DNA from: Marsupella aquatica
Taxonomy: Eukaryota; Plantae; Marchantiophyta
Reading direction: 5' to 3'
Length of the DNA stretch: 64,000 bases
Assembly: GCA_973895155.1 (NCBI GenBank)
Contig: OZ316899.1
Location: 2,007,573-2,071,572, forward strand
Below, in pieces: positions 12,786-25,294 of the stretch. The notes under the pieces were generated by a model. That model saw only the letters and a list, made by a program, of their open reading frames with translations. It was not told the origin of the DNA and ran no database searches. Each line of letters starts with the position of its first letter. Position 1 is the stretch's first letter. Position numbers and translations under genes: made by a program.

Positions 12786-15012
12786 GCAAGGAATGAGAAA
12801 CTAAAACTATGAATTAATACCAAAGATTTGAGAAACTATAATTTCAAGCTGTAAATTCAAGACGGGTTGTGTGCATGGAGGAAATTTTAAGTTTAGGACT
12901 TTGAGATTGGACACAGGCAATTACTGAACGATTTTTGCCATTAAAGGTGGGCAATTGTTGGGCTAGCATTTTCACACATTAATTTTTATAAATTTTTGGG
13001 GGCCACGAAAACAGGGGGAACCAGCAGAAGAATTCAAAAGTCCACAGCAGGACATTGCTCAGCACAGCAAGAAGGCCAGTAGAATACAATCGACGCCCCA
13101 TACATAAAATCCAATCCCAAACAAAGCAATGACAATGTAGAGGGCTCTGAGTGATTACAGACCTCAAGAGTTGACAAAACCCTGGAATGATTTCTTTGTG
13201 CCTAGCTTGGCAAAAGAGAAAGCTCTCCAACGGGTGGAAAAATGATCTGCAAGTGCCATAGACAGAGTGTGGCTCATCAGTTCTGTGGCTCATTAGTTGT
13301 TCGTGGAGGAGTACATTATAGAGTATCACATTTGACTAATGTCCTGTACATTGAATACATACAGTGGCAAAGTAGTCAATGGAAGAGTGACCTGCTCCCT
13401 TTGCGTTCTTCCTGTTGCCGAAACATGAATGTAGAGGTAGAATTGCATGCAGGAAAATTTGAAGTTTAGGGCTATGACATCCATGCTTTGTGCAACCTCT
13501 AATCCGAAAGCCTCCAGAGACACAAGTGAAGCATATAGGCGCGCGTAATAACTTCTAATTTAGTCATTGACAGTACAAGAGTATACTCTAAAGTCTGCGA
13601 TTCTGAAAGTACAAGCATTACAGACGCGCAGGTCTGAAAAGTTGTTGCAAGACACAAATAAGCACTAAGCGACTAAGGACAGGACCGTTGAGTTGAAATC
13701 GCAGCTCAGCAAAGGCAAAGAAAAACCCCCCGCACCCCACCTTAGTTCTGCACAACACTTCTGCACACTAGAATACTAGTGTATAAGATTAGAGCAATTC
13801 AAGCCGAAGCAAAATGAAAGTGTCAACAATATACTGTGATCCCATCTACATTTCCATAGTGAAATCCAAGTTCAACGTCGACCCTGACATGAGATTGCTA
13901 TAGTGATGGGCGTGCATAAGAGAGGGAGAGATGATGACACGTACTTGAGGATCGCGCGAGAGAGAAATCTGCAACAGAGAGCGAACACGATGGAAGAGCA
14001 AGACACAATGGAAGAGCGAGACCGAGAGAGAGGGCGAGAGAGAGTGAGGTGAGAATTCAGCAAGAGAGGTCTCGAATAGGGACGACCTTCTATATATGAA
14101 CCATAGTTTTTGCTGTCATTAATTTTCTAGAGTTAAGATGAACAAACAGAGTACAAACAGAGCACAATGAAGCACCACAGTGCGTCGCACGGGACCTCTC
14201 ACCTCTGCCTGAACACCAGCCGCACCCAACACCGCACCAGAGATCAGCGGTCTTGAAAACAAGTTGACACCCTAAACCCGACACTTCCAATGTCGCCCGC
14301 TCCAATGTCGCAGCCCGCGCATTTTCGTTCTAGCTCATTCTCCTCTTGACCAAAGAACAACCCAACAAGCAAATGGCGGAAGATGGACCCCCCGCACCTT
14401 AAACTTTGCGTTTGACCCGCCAAGTCTTCCCGCAATGCCCCTACAATGCCTTCGGGAAGCAATGCCTTCGGGAAGCAATGCCTTCGGGGAGCACTTGCAG
14501 ACGCACTTAGCACCTGGTTGAATGTGGTCACGTTGCGCTTCAAGTGTGGCCCCAAACCCTTCCTCCTCCCTTCAATCATAGAGAGTCTTCGACCGCAAGA
14601 GCAAGAAGCACTTCCTCTCCTCTCATCTCCCAATGCTATGCAAGGCAAAGAGGTAAAGACTTACAAAGCTAATGGCGGAGGACGGACCCCCGCACCACGA
14701 ACTTGGCGTCCGACCCTAAAATTTCCCGCAATGCCCCCGCAATGCCTTCAGGGAGCACTCGCAAATGCACCCAACACCCAATTGAATGTGGTCAGGTCAC
14801 TTCAAGTGTGGTGTCAAACCCTTCCTCCTCCCTGAAATCACAGAGAGCCCGACACACTGCACACTAAGAATCCCATTTTCTCCATAAACCTTCATTCCCT
14901 CCTTGATCGATCGACTGTCGATCGCCCCTCTCAATGAGTCGCCTCATTCGCTCCACCTCCCCTCCCCTTTGTAAACCCTCTTTGCGGACGAAGACCCTAC
15001 ATTTGCTCCCGC

Positions 15013-15145
15013 GCACAAGGGTGGAGAGTACTAAGGTTCTCAGCCAGTGACATGTAAGGGGCTCATGTAAGGGGGTACTGCACAAGGGTGGAGAGTACTA
15101 AGGTACTCAGCCAATGACATGTAAGGGGCTCATGTAAGGGGGTAC
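15013..15145. repeat. 67-bp tandem duplication in CACTA subterminal region
   Basis: Two near-identical units starting GCACAAGGGTGGAGAGTACTAAGG at 15013 and 15080. Confidence 0.9.
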
Positions 15146-15543
15146 CTCTACTATTTGAAGCTTTCTCACATAAAAAGCTTGAATGTTTGGCAATTGGTGA
15201 GTAGCACTCACTCACATAAGAACCCTAAACTAAGACAATCAGCTTAGATAGTGGACCTGCCATTTTCCTTATGATGGGATGTTGTAATTAAGTGGTATCC
15301 CCCATCCAACTTCAAAGGTGCATGGACAACCTTGAACCATGAACAATGTCCCTTGAACCTTGAAGAATGAGTGATTGAAAAGAGTAGGTAAAGTCAACAT
15401 CGCAAAGGAGTCGCAACAAATGAGTGGAAACTTTGTGGAAGTGATACTTAAGACATATGTAGTGATAACACCCTAAACTTCCATAACCTTGTCACAGTAG
15501 TCAATAGTGGTTTGGTCAAAAATAGGGGGTATTTCTACTAGTG

Positions 15544-15847
15544 AAAGGAAGCGATTTGGTTGGATAGACTTATCACTGAAATGGGATTGCCACAGGGGAA
15601 GATGAAGCTCCATTGTGATAGTCAGAGTGTGCTCCACCTTGTTGTGAACCAGGTGATGGACAGTAGAGTGAAGCACATAGACGGCAGGTACCATTTTATC
15701 AGGCAAGCTATGTCTGATAATTTATTTGAGCTAGTCAAGATAGACGGTAAACTCAACCCAACTGACGCATTTACCAAAGTGATTCATTTGGAAAGTTTCT
15801 CTAGACATTGTGACATGCTGCAGGTTTTGCAATTGCGTCACAAGTAA
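15544..15847 (+). pseudogene. copia RNase H, C-terminal half
   Basis: ORF 15560..15847 with HCDSQS, SRVKHIDGRYHFIR, NPTDAFTK; joins 585 across the AAA TSD to restore A-A-K-E-A-I-W. Confidence 0.93.
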
Positions 15848-16039
15848 GGGTTTTTCTTAACATTCGCTGTAATTACTGATATATGCTCTTCTTCACTCCC
15901 AGTAATAGGTTACGGCTTAGTTTTGGTTTGTTCTAGTTAGAGAGAGGAAACCATGTTGGTTTTTGTCCAGAACTTTCCGCTGAGGAATCATATAGGTTAG
16001 TAGTATTACCCTCCCCTAGACCAGAGTCAAGGGGGAGAT

Positions 16040-16382
16040 TGTTAGGTATTTACTCAAGGTCTAGGGTTACGACATGTAACCATAGTTAGACTAACCGTAG
16101 TTGGAGACGTGGTTAGGTTAACTAGGATGCACACTATATGCCAAGCGGTGTTTGCTTGGATAAGTGGAACTTAGGCTCATTGTTATGGAGCCACTTGAGA
16201 GATGAGAAGAGCTTACACTGTGGAGACTTGGTATGGCCGACGAGCTTAGAGTTCAGTAAAGTTCTCTTATGTGTTCCCGTGGACGTAGCCTCGAGGAGGT
16301 GAACCACGTATCTCTTGTGTTGACTACTTGTGTAGTGGATGTGTCATGTGCTTACCGTTACGAGTGTCGTCTATGCTCAACA
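16040..16382 (+). repeat. copia 3' LTR (about 343 bp)
   Basis: Starts TGTTAG right after the PPT; ends CTCAACA where unrelated gypsy LTR sequence begins. Right end is approximate because the 5' LTR is outside the window. Confidence 0.7.
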
Positions 16383-17319
16383 ATTCATACATGCAACTGA
16401 ATTCACAATCATTCAATCTCGGTTTACACAAAGGAAACAGTGGGAAAAGACTTTACTTCAGAATCTGTCATACACATATACACAGTTGACTCAACATCTC
16501 TTGAGTGAACAGGCCCAACGACAGAGAGGCATACACTACAACAGATCTCGGCTCCACACTCGCCCAACGAGCTTAGTCGTACCCTCCCTCCTTGATGCTC
16601 TTTTACTCACAAAGGCCGGGACTCCCCGCACATCTTACGGATACCCGATTTTGAAACTAAAATCCCCCTGCCTCTACCGGGGGTGCACTAAATACTAAGA
16701 GGCGGGGCCCGGAGTGGCCACGTGCTCAAATCTATGGTATCCAAGATTCTAAACTCTACTAACTGTCAGGCCGTAAAATGGCGTGTCTTATTCTAAGATT
16801 CTAAACTACAAAGGTCGGTCAGATAGGATAGCGCTGCCAACTAGTTTTGGCACTTGTCCTTATCGTCTGACTTCCCTAATCCTAATTCTATCCTAAACCA
16901 CTCCGCCGCTAATGTCTGGGACGCTTGCCAGACCCGCCTGAGTTGGATTTGGAGCGGCCATCCCGCTGCCTCCTGAGCCGGTCGGCATCCTACTTGAGCA
17001 GCCAGACTTGGTCCAACATAGATTTGTTCTTTTGCTTTGCCGCGTCCATCTCCTCCGCGACTTCCTGGCACGCCTCTTCCAATTGCTGGGCGTTGCTCGT
17101 CAGCTTGTCCACCAATTGAGCTTGCTTCGTGGCTTCTTCTTGAAGCCGTGGCACCTCTGCCTTTAGGGCGTCCACCTTGGGTGCGTCTTGTTGGGCCCGA
17201 GCGTCGGCTTCTTCCATATTTTTTTGCCAGATGATGGCTTATCCCTTCAAACCGTCAATCTGGGTCCGAAGCTATGCGATCTCGGCATCCTTCCCGGCTC
17301 TGGCCGTTGTTTTGAGCTG

Positions 17320-20300
17320 ATCCGAGAGGTGAATCCAGATTTGGTTATAACCCGAATACCCGTCAAGGAATGTATAAATTTCATTTTGGGCTACCATATC
17401 TAGAACCATATCCGTGAATGGTAACGGGTAATGGTCTTTTCGGGTTGCGTCGTTCAGCAATGACAAATCATGTCATGACAAATCCGGATCTTAGGTTTTC
17501 CATCTGTACCTCCCTTTTTTGGTACAATGACGATGGGAGAGACCCAGTCGCTGGCCATTACTGGGTAGATGATATCTGCGGCGAGGAGATGATCAATTTC
17601 CTCCTTCACTAAGATGGAGTACCTCGGGTTCATGCAACATTGTCGCTGCCGTACTGCATGGGCCCCCAGATTCAAATCGATCGTGTGTTCTCCTAACTCG
17701 GGGGAGACTCCTGTTAAATTGTGATGGCTCCATGCAAACACATCTTCATATTCCTTGAGCAAAGCTTGGATAGATTTTTCCGCCTCCCCAGTCAGAGCGT
17801 GGCCCAGGTTAAAAGACTTATCCATCCCAATGGTGTACTTCCGGTAGTGCTCCTTCCTGATGACTTCAACCTGGTTCCACAAGCTCGGGTCCAGGCTCGC
17901 ATCAAGTTCAGCTAACCGAACTCCTCCGTACATGGGTGGAACCGGGATTGGTTTCGGGATTGGAGTTACTTCCTCCAATTGTGGGATGGACGGATCCCAG
18001 GAGACTCGTTTCTTATGTCTTGGTCTCAGGTTTTCGGCCTCGGGCGGTTGTTTTGCCGGTTTGTGGTCACGAGGCTCTGCACTGGTAGAAGCAGCATCGG
18101 CGCCCTGCTTAGTTGGAGCCGTGTCCTCCGTATTGATCGGTTGTTTTTGCGTTTCCTCATCCCGGGCGGTGGAGGTGCTCGGGGTGGACTCAATAGCAGC
18201 CTTCGGGTAATTTAGGAGATATATTTCCCGGGCTGCCTCAACTTTGAAGACATCTTCCTCGGACAGGGACAAGATGAGTTCAATCATATTGAGTTCCTCT
18301 TCCTCCAAAGTCTCCGAATCATATTCCTCGGGTCCCTGTGGAGTTTCGCCCTGGTAATCGTCCATTGCCCATGATACCCACACTATGGGTGTCCCGAACC
18401 GTAGCTCCTTCTTTCCCCAATCCGTGACTACACGGCCACCGTACAGCCACGGCCTGCCTAGGAGGACCGGATAAGAGGAGGGCCGAACCGGCCTCATGAC
18501 TAGGAAGTTGAGATAGAACTCCACCCCTCCCACCAGAGTGAGCACCCGTGTGAGCATGCCTAATGGAAGGACCCTTGCCCCGTTTGCTAATCTGATAGCT
18601 CGGGCCGTGGGTTGATACGGGAGGTATCCTAACTTGAATGATGTTTCTTCAGTCATGATGTTGATGCCCGCCCTCCGTCCACGAGAACCATCTTGATGGT
18701 ACAATTATTAATCTCAATCGAGATGTCCGGCGCTCCAGGTCCTCGCATATCATGTTGCAATCCGCAATCCCAACACGGGGTAGTCGCCTCCGTCGTCGAC
18801 CCGTAAGCAACTCCCTCAGTTGCCGTCGGTACTCTGGATTCTTTTGTAGCAGTTGTCCTACTGTTGCTGTAACCAAGAACCTCTTCACGTCTTCCTTAAT
18901 ATCATAGTCCTCCTTCTTTTCTTCCTTCGGCTGCTGCTTGACTTCCTCCTCCTACTTTTCTTGCTTTTCTTGCTCCTGTCGTCGGGCGGCTTTGGCTGCT
19001 TTGATGTCCTTATTGATTGCCTTCTGGTATTCCCGAGCTTCGTAGGCCTCCAGCTACTTCTTTACCATTTCTTTGATGCGGGGGAAAAATAGCTTTGGGT
19101 CGTCCCGACGGTAGTCATCGTCTTTCTCTGGGGATATGTCTATCGCTGGCTGCACCGGAGTAGTATCTTGCTTTTTCCTGCGTTTCTCCTCCTGCTTCTC
19201 TTCCTTCCGTTCGGCTCTTGTTGACACTCGGTAGCACTCAGCCTCGTCAGATGGATTAGGGTGCTCCGCCACGTCCACCAGATTCACCCACTCGGTGTTG
19301 TCATCTTGCCATTCCACAACAATCATTTGGACGACTGCATCGCTCGTGGCCGGTCCGCCCTGGGCTGGGTCTTGCTCCATTTGTTCGAGCGGCTATTACC
19401 AATGGACAATTGGCCGTGGAATGAGCTTCCGTTTTGTAGACTTGACATAGTGCCATGCCATGGCCATCCCCCTGGCATCTTGGTTCTGTGCATTCCCTCG
19501 CAAAGTGGCCTGGCTTCTACAGTTGTAACAAAATGGGGATTGCCAAATCCCTGGTTTAGGGGGAATGCTAGGGTTACTGATAACTTGGAAACTTTGGCCA
19601 TTGTTTGGGTAGGGGTATGCAGTTCTACCTGCTAAGTTACGCGGACCCACCGTTGAAATCTGATACACCGAATCAGGAGGGTCTTCAAAGAAATACTCCA
19701 TGGACTCCGCTTCAGGTCCCGGGTTGTCGACATCATCTAATTCCACCTGGTGAACTTGGTTCTTCCATCTTGGGCATTCTTGCACGACATGCCCGGATTG
19801 GAAGCACTTTGAACACCACGCATGGGCTCGGATCTCAGATGGCTTCTTCTTCTCCACCGGCTTTTCCGCAAGATGTACTGACAGTGCTTTGAGGCGATCC
19901 GTGATTTCGTTAAGCTTGTCTGCTTCGGCAGCCTTCGGATCGGGTATCGTTCTTTGAGCACGGGATTTGATTTTCCCCTCCTTCTTAACCCTCCTTTTCT
20001 TCTTCTTGCTCTGGCTCTCGCTCTCTGAATCACTTCCCAATGAGCTGGTGGTGGAGGACCCGCTGTTTGAAGTTGAATCCGAACTAGATTTTGTCTCCGA
20101 ACTGGACGAGGTTGAACGATGTTTCTTCTTCTTCTTGCATTTCTTCTTCTTCTCGTCGTCTGATTTGGAGTCACTATCACTGAAGGTCTCGTACTTGCCC
20201 TTCTTGCGGCGTGCCCACTGGCTTCGCCGGGAGTTATAGGTGGACTCCCGGTAGGTTTCGGCGCACGCTATGGCTGCTTGCATTGAAATTGGGTTATTCT

Positions 20301-20982
20301 GGCGCACTCAGAATTGCATATTCGTGGGCAAACCATGGAGGAACCACGTAAGCTGGAGTGCGTCACCCGGCCTGGGCCGTATCTTGGCAGCAAGTTTCTA
20401 AAACTTTTGAATGAACTTTTGCAGGGACTCTTTTTTCCCCATGCGAAGCTGACCAATCTTTAATAAAGAGCGTTGCTTGGATCCAATAGCACGAAATTCT
20501 TGCAGCAATGCAGCTTGGAATTGTGCCCATGTAGTACCGGATGGCAGCGAGTTGTACCATGGATGAGCTTCTCCCCGCATCACTCCAGGGAGGATGGTTA
20601 GCTTAATGGCGTCTTCCCCGTTAGCCTTAGCAGTGGCTTCAAACTCATCCAACCATTCATCCGGATCATCCCCATGACGCCCTTTGAAAGGTTGATAATG
20701 AAACCGCGATCGTTGCGATATTTGTGGAGGAGCTTGGGCAGCGCGGGCCATCGGTGGGGCGGTTGCCATAGGTACTGGTGGCGGTGGCGGTGCTAGCGGT
20801 GGTGCAGCAGGAACTGGAGCAGGACCGGTTGGACCGGACCCCGAGGGTCCTGGTGGTATGTTCATTCGCCGAGGTGATTGCGAATCCTCCGATCCTGAAG
20901 AGTCGGAGCTTGCTGTGGTTGCACTCTCTCGTTCGCTAGTCAATCTCCTCAAGTAAGCTGCTTGGAAACGAGTGACGGGCAT
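17320..20982 (-). pseudogene. gag-pro-RT(N-terminal) polyprotein, frameshifted and truncated
   Basis: Gag FKGRHGDDPDEWLDEFE, WYNSL, TWAQFQAALLQEF; knuckles CSKCFQSGHVVQEC and CYNC; protease region INIM, YPVLLGRPWLY; RT WVSPIVIVPKK, KDHYPLPFTD, FLDGYSGYNQI. Confidence 0.9.
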
Positions 20983-21080
20983 TTACTCATATACACGCGA
21001 TGGTTAGTAACTCACACGGGCCTGGTGTATTCTGCCCAGGTGCACCCGCACATGTCTCCCCTCTACTACACGTAGAGTGC

Positions 21081-21098
21081 CCCCTCCATCTAGCGCCA
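21081..21098 (-). promoter_or_regulatory. Primer binding site TGGCGCTAGATGGAGGGG
   Basis: TGG-initiated tRNA-3'-complementary motif 13 bp inside the LTR end and upstream of gag. Confidence 0.75.
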
Positions 21099-21111
21099 AA
21101 AACAAAGGCTA

Positions 21112-23404
21112 TGTCACGTCGTCAGCCTTGGCCTTACTCCGGGCTTCGGCTTAAATAGGCACACCCTTTGTCAAAATGAGGGTTCGGGCAGGGAGGGAGG
21201 CACAGAATGCACCCAACTTACATAAAATAGCGCTAAGTGCGCCTATCGTCATATACGAACACCTCCTAGGTATGGTTTGTGTTCCGCCGCCGGAATGTAC
21301 CTCAATCAATAGCAGGATCGACCCTGGCTTAAGGGCTTCTAAGCCTTCGTATTGTCCGCCTTTGATCCGGATTTTGATGATATGGGTGCTCAACCCGGGC
21401 TCGCAACCACGTACACGCAAGCTGCACCCCGTGCACTACTTGGGTAGTGCGTTCAGCCAAGCGTTGGCACCTATACACGAGATTCACACACATACATACG
21501 CACAAGCATAAAATCTTGATTTACACAAAGGAAATAACGGGAAGGGATTTTACTCCATAAGAGACATACACGTACACTTAGTTGACCCAAATGCTCTGGA
21601 GTGAACAGGTCTGAGGCCGAGGGTGTACACTACAATGGAGCACGGCTCCGCACTCGCCCGACTCCATCATGTGGAGGGCGTACCTCTGGAACTCCAGCCG
21701 CTCCACTATCTCCGGGATGAGGCATGTCCTCATCAAGAATCCATTGTCCATTGCTCCTTCGCCCGGGAAGCTAGAGGAATGATACTTGGCTCCCTTGCCC
21801 TTGAGAGCCCGTGATTCTACCCGGTTTACTCCTTCGGGTAGGCCAAAGATCAGCTTGAGCCATGCCTCGCTTAGGGACATCACTCTCCCATGCGCACGGG
21901 TTTGTTGGCAGGCCTCATCAAAGTTTTGGACAAACTTTGTCATATCCTACCCATAGTACTTGCAAGTATTCTAAGGGAGAGCGGCGAGGTGCTCAAACCC
22001 TTGGGTCTTCAAATAGCATGCATGCTTGGGGTGGAGAATGTTCTTGTGGACATTCTCCCCCATGCGATGCATGATCAGCTTGCCCACCGCAATTGTGGCC
22101 AAGGGCAGCCCGGACTTCCTCTTCCTACCCAAAGACTGGTTCCCGGGGTGACTCGTAGAGGGGGACATCTCCCCGTCCTCTCTATCAGGCGGTGGCAATG
22201 CTACGGCCGTAAGTTCTGGCGCTGGGGCCGCCACTATCACCGCATTGTCCATTGGGGCTGTCGCCTGGGTTTGTTGATGCGTTGGAGCAGTACCCAACCC
22301 GGCCCCATAAGGACCTGGTAGACCGTAGTTAAGGGGAGGGGCCTCCTCATCCTCCAAGCTGAGGTTGACTGCATTCACCACGGACCGTACTCGGGCAGAT
22401 GGTGCGACGGGCGGTGGGGAACAACTCGATGGAGGCCGAGGCGGAGTCTGTGCCGGTGTTGGCAAGTTGGTTGTAGCTGGAGGGGGTGCCATAGGACTCG
22501 GAAATTTGGAAGGGAAGCCAAGGGATGTCAGTATTGAGGGCCTGCCCGACTCGGACTACTGTTAAACCAAAAGTTGAGGTAGGATTGAACTCGGGCAGGT
22601 ATATCGTCAAAGTGATGACGTTGGAGATCCACCGTGCCCGAGATCCTGAAGACTTTTTCCGGGAGTCGGAGGAGCGCTTCTCCAAAGCCGAGGTAATTTG
22701 GGCCATCAAAGAAGAATTTGGTGATCTCCTCGTTCCGTAAGTACTTGCTCTCAAATGGGAGACTGAAGTCGTTGTTGTAGTGTGAGCGCACGTTTCTACG
22801 GATAAGTTGTTTGTACTCTCTCTTGGCTTTGTATCTGCGTGGATTGTGTCTGGCGAGTGATTTCGCAAGATGGCTCCCAATGTGTAGAAATTGAAACCAA
22901 AAACAAATGGTGGAACTGGACATAACCGTGACCGACATAAGGCGTGGTGTATATGATCACTCCAAGGAAAACCATAGAGGCTGGGATCAAAGCTGGCGCG
23001 CGGAGTGAACTAGTGGCCCAAGACGGGGAAGAGCTTGCTTTTTATACTCTTGTGGTGCGTTGACCGATTGGTTCCTCCTGCTTGTGATAGGCCAAGCCCC
23101 TCACGCCCTGGGGGTACCGACCACTCCGCAGGTCCGGGTCAGAGCGTGCCAGTGGGCTGTCTCCGGATCTGTTATACGGATCCGAGGCGGACTGCCATAA
23201 CATGCCCTTAATCCGGCGATACGTCAGGTGCCGCGCCGCCAGCTCAAACACGAATCCCCAATATTACTAAATCCTATCCTAAACATCATGACTAGCTATT
23301 TTGTGTCTTTATACTAATAACTATGGGCTACTAAGTCTACTTCCAACGTACGTAACACGGGTTAAGCCGTATTACTCATTACCAGCCGTGCTAGCGGTGT
23401 CACA
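21112..23404 (-). repeat. 5' LTR (2,293 bp, internally deleted relative to the 4-kb solo LTR) with disrupted copy of the LTR ORF
   Basis: Begins TGTCACGTCGT and ends GTCACA like 7073-11086; junction at about 21660 skips roughly 7625-9290; ORF pieces 22528..22938, 21971..22492, 21578..21943 are homologous to the 882-aa protein. Confidence 0.9.
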
Positions 23405-23548
23405 CTTCAGATTTTGTTCATCCAACCAGTTTTTACAAAAAAGATTACCTTTCACAACTTAAGCTTGACAAAACTCCATGCACTTTTCAAATGTAAACTA
23501 CTGAATCATAGCAGGTTACCAGTCTCAGGAACCTTCTTGCCCTCCTGC

Positions 23549-24817
23549 TTACAAGAAACATCTACCTTCAATGCCTCCACTGTTCCTGCATTCAAACCAT
23601 TCACTCCATTCATGAAAACCTACTTCTAACATTTCAACATAGGGTACAATGAACAATGAGTGCCATTTCCATACTTGTGTCAGATTTGCCAATTCCCTTT
23701 TTTTTAACAAGGGCACACTTTGTACAAGGTTGCCCTCATTATTTGGCTTGGAACCACCCAATTTTTCAATTACAAGCTTGAAATTAGATTCCATTGATGC
23801 AAGAAGGTTTGCTACAGATGCCTCCACAATATCCAAACGATCACTCAATTTACTTTCCACTTGAGGGAGTCCACACTCTGTTGACTTCAACCATTCACAC
23901 ATCTTTGTGAGAGTTGTAATAGTTCCTTGTCATAACACAACTTACATATCTCAGATTACTGTCCCTAAGAACTAGTTGCTGACTTCCTACTACATTTCCT
24001 TCTAATGCTATCAAGGGCAAATAGTCTATGAACATAACAAAATTACAGCATAATCACCTATTTGGAAGTCACACTTGTCACCTCACTCCTTTGTTTTATG
24101 ATCTCCTCTCTCACTTCTTGTGCTGATGGTTCTTCACCTGTCAATTTCTTCTGCATGCCACATCAACATACATATGAATGAAACCAAGTGTTGATTGTCA
24201 ATGAAAATGTAATAATGGTAGCAAGATGATAAGTTTGAGACTTACTATCAGACGTGTCACTGCCTTACCAGTTGTTCTTTCACTGGAGCATAACTTCCTC
24301 TCCTAGTCTGTGAAAGGTGTTTCACTTTGCCTCGAGCATTTGACATCAGTCCACTCTTGCTCTGCACAACCTCCGACATGAACCCTTTGATTCACCGTGT
24401 CCATTGATCTAGTTCCAATGATGGGGGTGCTAGCATTCTCCTGCTAGAACCATTGTCTATCCACATCTTTTTCAACCTATGTCTCTCTTGTTTCAAAATC
24501 CTCATTGCATAATCTGATATGCAATCTTCAACTGGGCCCTTACCATCATTACCAACATAGTCCCACCATTCAAGAATGTCCTTGCAGATAGCAGCCCAAT
24601 TGACTTTGTTCTGATTGCTAAACTCTGTAATGCTCAAATTTAACCAGCACGATACTTCTCCTCTCAAGTCATAATGCCAACGGTTCTTACCATCACATGT
24701 GGGAGTTATCCAACCATCGGAATTCACTTCTACTTTACCAAATTTGTTATTGTCTCCTCCCTTGGTACTCCCTGAAGCGCTACTAGGTGTCCCTCCACGG
24801 CCTGGTGTCCCCCCCAC
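23549..24817 (-). pseudogene. Second CACTA element, ORF2 remnants
   Basis: GGTP..ASGST..GKVEV.SDG.IT..GKNRWH.DLR parallels 2247..2615. Confidence 0.65.
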
Positions 24818-25294
24818 GGCCTGAGTCCCTCCGCGGCCTGCTCTCCCCCCACGGCCTAGATTGCATTGGCCAAACCTCCTTGGAGTCCTTGCACATTTAC
24901 ACGATCCATTTTATAAGTATGAACCATAAATATTGCTGCCAAATATACACTAAACTTCATAGCAATTCTGCAATGACCAAGTTACCTCTTCCTGGGTGCA
25001 TAGATGGTTCTGGACCACCTGTCCAATTGCCTTGTCTTGATAAATTAGGGTCGTTTCTCCGCTTGTGAATGATTGCCTCCTATCTGAACGTGGATGGCCT
25101 TTGTTGTTTTTGTGATTGTCCCAATCAGAGTCTGCATTCACCAATAGGCACATGCCACACTCATGGACTTGTAAGATAAACTCTTTGCCCTAGACATAAG
25201 ATAAGTCCATATTGAGCTACAGTCTCTACTACCATCACAAAATCACAAGCACAAGGCACTTACTTGTCCAATCATCCTCATGACCTTGCCATTG

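Larger units (their letters stand above)
586..15543 (-). mobile_element. CACTA (En/Spm) DNA transposon, non-autonomous cargo-carrying derivative, 14,958 bp
   Basis: 31-bp TIRs CACTGGTAGAAATATCCCCTATTTTTGACCA (586-616) and its inverse at 15513-15543, 2 mismatches; 3-bp TSD AAA (583-585, 15544-15546); CACTA transposase and ORF2 remnants inside. Confidence 0.96.
1..16382 (+). mobile_element. Ty1/copia LTR retrotransposon, 3' part (RT end, RNase H, PPT, 3' LTR), interrupted by the CACTA element at 586-15543
   Basis: Copia RT/RNaseH peptides at 10-585 (LGMEITRD, YDKAVGSLMYLM, GYVDSDY, RRSTTGY, EYVAAAEAA) resume in register at 15544 (KEAIWL, HCDSQS, KHID.RYHF, NPTDAFTK); polypurine tract AGGGGGAGAT before TG at 16040. 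Confidence 0.93.
16383..23404 (-). mobile_element. Ty3/gypsy (non-chromoviral, Athila/Tat-type) deletion derivative: 5' LTR, PBS, gag, protease, RT start, then fragment of 3' LTR
   Basis: LTR 21112-23404, PBS, gag, zinc knuckles, protease, RT N-terminus fused at about 17320 to LTR-ORF sequence; 16385-17320 matches 7465-8350. Confidence 0.88.

Noticed and set aside
15013-15145. CRISPR-like array (also the repeats at about 14445-14490, 39465-39600 and 49645-49770)
   Set aside because: Simple tandem or imperfect repeats without unique constant-length spacers; no cas genes; eukaryotic context.
21081-21098. tRNA gene, or another copy of palindrome A (TAGCGCCA)
   Set aside because: Only an 18-nt PBS next to an LTR; no cloverleaf and no second palindrome arm.
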